Shown: piece by piece, positions 62,511 to 64,000 of the stretch
How the letters are laid out: each line of letters begins with the position of its first letter
Position numbering within the stretch: position 1 is the first letter of the stretch
DNA from: Octopus sinensis
Taxonomy: Eukaryota
Assembly (NCBI RefSeq): GCF_006345805.1
Contig: NC_043004.1
Coordinates: 96,038,001-96,102,000 of the forward strand
DNA length: 64,000 nucleotides
Reading direction: 5' to 3'
Program-made: the position numbers and the translations under genes
The notes under the pieces: model-generated
Databases searched by the model: none
Seen by the model: only the letters and a program-made list of their open reading frames with translations
What the model was told of the DNA's origin: nothing

Positions 62511-62738
62511 CTCTTTTGATACCAACCCACCTGAGACCCCCCCCCCCTGGTTCTATGATACAAATTTCCTTGCTTTGAACTTATCTAGATTAAAATCGTT
62601 CATTAAAATTTCCTATTAATTTAGGTTCCAAATACTGGCTTATTAATTACAATTTTAACTTATGAAATTCATCACTATTTTCAAAAATAATTGAAACAAG
62701 GGCACAATATTTGAAAAGAAATGGTAACAATGGTTCCA
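62511..62738. mobile_element. Possible piggyBac-like MITE truncated by a SINE
   Basis: TTAA|CTCTTTTGATACC left end; right end GGTAACAA interrupted. Confidence 0.45.
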
Positions 62739-62739
62739 A

Positions 62740-62851
62740 GTTCAGCTCCATTGTGTGACAACTTGGGCTGGTGGTGATTTTTACTATAGCCTCGGGCCAA
62801 CCAAAACCTTGCGAGTGGATTTGGTAGATGAAAACTGAAAGAAGCCTGCCG

Positions 62852-62896
<45 letters not shown>

Positions 62897-63195
62897 CGCT
62901 TTGTGTCTGTGTTTGTTCTCTCACTACCACGCAACAATCAATGTTGCTGTGTTGGTGTCAGTGTTTGTCCTCCCACCACAGTTTGACAACTGGTGTTGGT
63001 TTGTTTGAATCCCCTTAAGGTAGAGTTTCAGCAAAAGAGACCAATAGGCATGAGTACAAGGCTTTTAAAAGCAAAATAACTGAGGTTGAGTCATTGGACT
63101 TCAAAAAACAAAAAAAAAAACAAAAAAATCCGAGACAGTGCCCCAACATTTGCTGCAGTTCAATGACTAAAACAAACAAAAATAAAAGATAAAAT
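62740..63195 (+). mobile_element. Family A composite SINE, decayed
   Basis: GGATTTGGTAGATGAAAACTGAAAGAAGCC, microsatellite and tail. Confidence 0.7.
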
Positions 63196-63334
63196 GGTTT
63201 AAAATGTTTCTTGTGACTTTTGATAAAGCTTAAATGTGGATTTGTACATAGAACTTCAAGCAAACACTATGCAAGCTCACATAAGATGCTTTGTAAGGTG
63301 GCGAGCTGGCAGAATTGTTAGCACGCTGGACGAA

Positions 63335-63726
63335 ATCAAATCAAATCAAATCAAAATCGAAATCAATCAACATCAATGGAATTTGTAGTTTGTGGTACCA
63401 GTGCCAGTGGCACATAAGAGAACCATCCGAACGTGGCTGTAGCCAGCACCGTATCGACTGGCCTCCGTGCCGGTGGCACGTAAAAAGCATCATCCGAGCA
63501 TGGCCGTTCGCCAGCCTCGTCTGGCACCTGTGTTGGTGGCACATAAAAAGCACCCACTACACTCACGGAGTGGTTGGCGTTAGGAAGGGCATCCAGCTGT
63601 AGAAACACTGCCAGATCTGACTGGCCTGGTGCAGCCTTCGGGCTTCCCAGACCCCAGTTGAACCATCCAATCCATGCTAGCATGGAAAGCAGACGTTAAA
63701 CGATGATGATGATGATGATGATGATG
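63335..63726 (+). mobile_element. Family B: RTE-LINE 3' UTR fragment
   Basis: Three tandem units and (GAT)n tail. Confidence 0.8.
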
Positions 63727-63885
63727 GGCTTCTTTCAGTTTCTGTCGACCAAATCCACTCATAAAGCTTTTGTCAGTTCAAGGCTATAGTAGAAGACACT
63801 TGCCCAAGGTGCCATACAGTGGGACTGAACCTGGAACCATGTCATTGGGAAGCAAGCTTCTTACCACACAGCCACTCCTGCACCT
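63727..63885 (-). mobile_element. Family A SINE head half
   Basis: GGGCTTCTTTCAGTTTC...CAGCCACTCCTGCACC. Confidence 0.8.
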
Positions 63886-63890
63886 ACATA

Positions 63891-64000
63891 TCATCATCAT
63901 CATCATTGTTTAACGTCCGCTTTCCATGCTAGCATGGATTGGACGATTTGACTAAGGACTGGCGAACCAGATGGCTGCACCAGGCTCCAATCTGATCTGG
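63891..64000 (-). mobile_element. Family B-related fragment running off the window
   Basis: (CAT)n...CCATGCTAGCATGG. Confidence 0.75.

Overview
AT-rich, microsatellite-dense, non-coding-dominated eukaryotic DNA, most likely an intronic or intergenic region of an octopus (coleoid cephalopod) genome. The species call is an inference from the SINE families, recognised from memory and not by search. No full-length gene is visible, and nearly all long ORFs in the track are microsatellite or repeat artefacts. Contents: (1) about 19 copies of a composite tRNA-headed SINE with an internal (TA)n(TG)n tract (family A here); (2) about 14 (GAT)n-tailed repeats (family B) that this window links to the 3' end of an RTE-clade LINE, whose 3' UTR holds a palindromic tandem array; (3) two further tRNA-derived SINE families (C, D); (4) fragments of CR1/L2, RTE, R4/Dong-like and ORF1-only LINEs; (5) Gypsy relics (LTRs, gag, protease, pol); (6) mariner, hAT, Merlin, piggyBac-like and Helitron-like DNA-transposon relics and MITEs; (7) four Penelope-type fragments with minimal hammerhead ribozyme motifs. 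The best sign of host function is a ~750 bp block duplicated 27 kb apart (18197-18950, 45456-46190). It preserves a 47-nt identical splice-acceptor region and a short in-frame putative terminal exon (E-LAHEEYEANNSSL* / E-SAHEEYEANSASL*), suggesting duplicated alternative last exons or tandem paralogues. All alignments and identities were judged by eye and many boundaries are approximate.
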